The notes under the pieces were generated by a model that saw only the letters and a program-made list of their open reading frames with translations, made no database searches and was not told the origin of the DNA. From assembly GCA_043819135.1 (NCBI GenBank), contig JBDRFG010000062.1:1-35653 (forward strand): 35,653 nucleotides of DNA. The letters run 5' to 3'. Positions 33,515 to 35,653 of this stretch are shown piece after piece. The position numbers and the translations under genes were made by a program. Every line of letters begins with the position of its first letter. Position 1 is the stretch's first letter. The DNA is from Candidatus Eiseniibacteriota bacterium. GTDB lineage: Bacteria; Joyebacterota; Joyebacteria; Joyebacterales; Joyebacteraceae.

Positions 33515-34726
33515 ATGCCCGCGTGGAGAAAGACACTTCTTGCCCTGCTGGTTCCGGTTCTGATGACGCTCGCACTCTCGACGGCCGCGCTCGCGGACAA
33601 ACACAGCGCGTTCTTGGAGTTCTCCGCAGGAGACCTCACCGATTTCGAGATCTGGGATGACAGCCACTTCAGTCCGACGGGTGAGCTCTACTACAACCGC
33701 GTCGACGGGCTTCTCTTGTACATGGGTATGAAGTACCGCTCGGACACTCAGCTTCATCCCAGGCTCAAGGCCGTGTGGGGCTGGCCGTCCTCGCGCAGCG
33801 ACTCCTACTACCAGCTTCACATCGAGCAGCCCATCCACAGTCAGGACAGCTTCTCGTTCGGGGTCAGCCTCTACAACAGAAGCGCGTGGAGCCGCGAGGA
33901 CGCGGAGACCATATCCGACTTCGGCAACAACGTGCAGGCGTTCTGGGCGCGGATCGACGACCGCGATTACTTCCGCCAGGACGGCGTGACAGTCTTCGCG
34001 CAGCACAAGGCAACGACGCAGCTGACACTGAGGGGTGAGTACCGGTCTCACCAACTGGAGTCGCTCTCGGAGAGTCAAAGCGTGTGGACCCCCTTTCAGA
34101 ACGACGATCAATGGCGCGAGAACCCGCCGCTCATGGTCGGCGTGCTCAAGAGCGCGCGCGAGTTCGAGGGCAGAATGTCCAGCTACGTCTGGTCGGCGGA
34201 ATACGACTCACGCGACGAGGACGCGAAGACGGGCTGGTGGGCGCGTGGTATCGCGGAGTATGGCGGCAGGGCTGCCGGCGGCAACTACAAGTTCAGGAAG
34301 CACACGTTCGAGGGCGCGAAGCTCTTCCCCATCACGTCGACGCAGACGCTGGGAGTCTTCGGCATGTGGGGCATCAGCAACGGTACGGATTTTCCTTCCC
34401 ACAAGCTCTTCCATCTCGGCGGACGCGGCAATCTCCGCGGATACGACTACAAGGAATTCAGCGGTAAGAACATCCTGTTCGGGCGCGTCGAGTACAGAGT
34501 GCAGATGACCGAGCCGCTGGAGATGGTGTACTTCCTCGAGAGCGGCCAGGTCGGCTACAGCACCTCCATACCGGAGTCGGACGATTCCGACGGACACAAG
34601 CACGACGCCGGGATAGGCTTCCGCTTCGAGGCGCCCTGGGACGGATGGTGGGGAATCGACGTCGCAAAGGCTATGGAGGAAGAGTCCGACATCAAGGTGT
34701 ATCTCAGCCTGCTGCTCGTCCACTGA
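33515..34726 (+). CDS. Omp85/BamA-TamA-type surface antigen beta-barrel protein
   Basis: Signal peptide, YNRVDGL, LGGRGNLRGY (loop-6 RG[Y/F] motif), GRVEYR, DAGIGFRF; RBS GGAGG. Confidence 0.75.
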   Translation: MPAWRKTLLALLVPVLMTLALSTAALADKHSAFLEFSAGDLTDFEIWDDSHFSPTGELYYNRVDGLLLYMGMKYRSDTQLHPRLKAVWGWPSSRSDSYYQLHIEQPIHSQDSFSFGVSLYNRSAWSREDAETISDFGNNVQAFWARIDDRDYFRQDGVTVFAQHKATTQLTLRGEYRSHQLESLSESQSVWTPFQNDDQWRENPPLMVGVLKSAREFEGRMSSYVWSAEYDSRDEDAKTGWWARGIAEYGGRAAGGNYKFRKHTFEGAKLFPITSTQTLGVFGMWGISNGTDFPSHKLFHLGGRGNLRGYDYKEFSGKNILFGRVEYRVQMTEPLEMVYFLESGQVGYSTSIPESDDSDGHKHDAGIGFRFEAPWDGWWGIDVAKAMEEESDIKVYLSLLLVH

Positions 34727-34831
34727 CACGACGAGTGAGACTCGCTGTCCGGTGGCTGGACGAAGTGGCGGGGCGCAATTCCGTACGGTTGAAGTGTCAA
34801 CGCAACAGCGCGGCGGGAAGGGGATTGAAGT

Positions 34832-35653
34832 ATGAGGGGGCTTCTTGTGATTGCAGCCGCATGCGCGGCTGTCCTAGTGGTTACGCTGGCGCCCGTCACG
34901 GCCGGCGCGGACACCTTCGCCGACACGTGGTTGAGAGGAGCGAGTTCGGTCGCCGTGAACGACGACGCGACCGCTCTGTTCATCAACCCGGCAGGGCTCG
35001 GAATGTACGAGGGCTCGAATTCGTATACGTCCCTGTCGATGGCCGGGAAGGACGTCGTCGGTGTCTCGGCGGCGTCGAAACTCGGTCCAATCGGACTGGG
35101 ATACAGCAGGCATTACCTGTGGGAACCGGGCAGCGACGCGGAGGCTGGGCTTCGCCCGGCCGACGACGCGGTCGACGTCTACTACGCCGGGCTCGCTCTT
35201 GGCGACCCGCGCTCGTTCAGCGTCGGCTTCGACTACCGCTGGTTCCGTCCTCAGTTCGGCGAGGAGAGGAAGACCGGGACCTGGGACATGGGCGCGATGT
35301 ACAGGCCGTCGAGCGTCCTGTCGTTCGGCGCCGCCATCCGGAACATGTCGGAGCCCGACGTGCTCGGTGACGACGGCTGCTCGTGCGGCACGAAGACGAC
35401 GTACGTCGCCGGGCTTGCGGTGCGCCCCATGGGCAACACGCTGACGCTCATGGCCGACGCCAGCGCCGAGCGCGACCAGGACCTTGCGGACGCCGTCTAT
35501 ACCGCAGGAGTGGAGGCCGAGGTTGCGGACGGCCTGATCTTCCGCGGCTCGCTCCAGTCCTACCCCGACGGAGACGACCGCGGGCAGGAGTTCAGTGCCG
35601 GCCTGTGGTTCAACATGAGACACGTGGGCGTGGGTGCCGACTACAGGAGCTTC
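34832..35653 (+). CDS. Outer-membrane barrel protein (FadL/PorV-like N-terminus), truncated by the window end; possibly a barrel-fused SppA
   Basis: Read directly (not in ORF track): MRGLLVIAAACAAVLVVTLAPVTAGA-DTFADTWLRGASSVAVNDDATALFINPAGL...WDMGAMYRP...; open to the end of the window. Confidence 0.7.
   Translation, partial: MRGLLVIAAACAAVLVVTLAPVTAGADTFADTWLRGASSVAVNDDATALFINPAGLGMYEGSNSYTSLSMAGKDVVGVSAASKLGPIGLGYSRHYLWEPGSDAEAGLRPADDAVDVYYAGLALGDPRSFSVGFDYRWFRPQFGEERKTGTWDMGAMYRPSSVLSFGAAIRNMSEPDVLGDDGCSCGTKTTYVAGLAVRPMGNTLTLMADASAERDQDLADAVYTAGVEAEVADGLIFRGSLQSYPDGDDRGQEFSAGLWFNMRHVGVGADYRSF

Noticed and set aside
1..35653. Mobile elements, tRNA/rRNA genes, anti-phage defence systems
   Set aside because: No transposase, integrase, reverse transcriptase, phage or defence-family motifs, and no tRNA/rRNA signatures were recognised

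Overview
GC-rich chromosomal window from a diderm bacterium, with genes mostly on the minus strand. A C-terminal ...WGTVKALYR tail and the gene content suggest an FCB-group candidate phylum such as Eisenbacteria or Krumholzibacteriota (inference only). Left part: a secreted protein, a DUF2207-archease-rtcB-polX repair operon, a sulfotransferase, tldD/tldE, OsmC, an outer-membrane barrel, cutA, an NCS2 purine permease, and a ZraSR-like two-component system with two Spy/CpxP-like targets and a clear sigma54 promoter. Right part: creatininase, ArsR regulator, rlmN, and secreted/outer-membrane proteins. The centre (about 18.97-29.5 kb, minus strand) holds the most interesting element, an apparent ranthipeptide-type RiPP cluster. 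Its maturase fuses a class I isoprenoid-synthase-fold (ComQ-like, DDxxD) domain to an RRE and a radical SAM/SPASM domain. It is followed by two 58-aa precursors with SCIFF-like leaders, five Cys-X2-4-Asp motifs and one Trp each, then a secreted FG-GAP beta-propeller and an ABC-2 exporter. Upstream lie a hairpin-rich leader with a small ORF, a sigma54 promoter with tandem palindromic enhancer-like sites, a TPR-containing sigma54 activator and a small secreted acidic peptide. All family assignments come from motif recognition by eye; no database searches were run.
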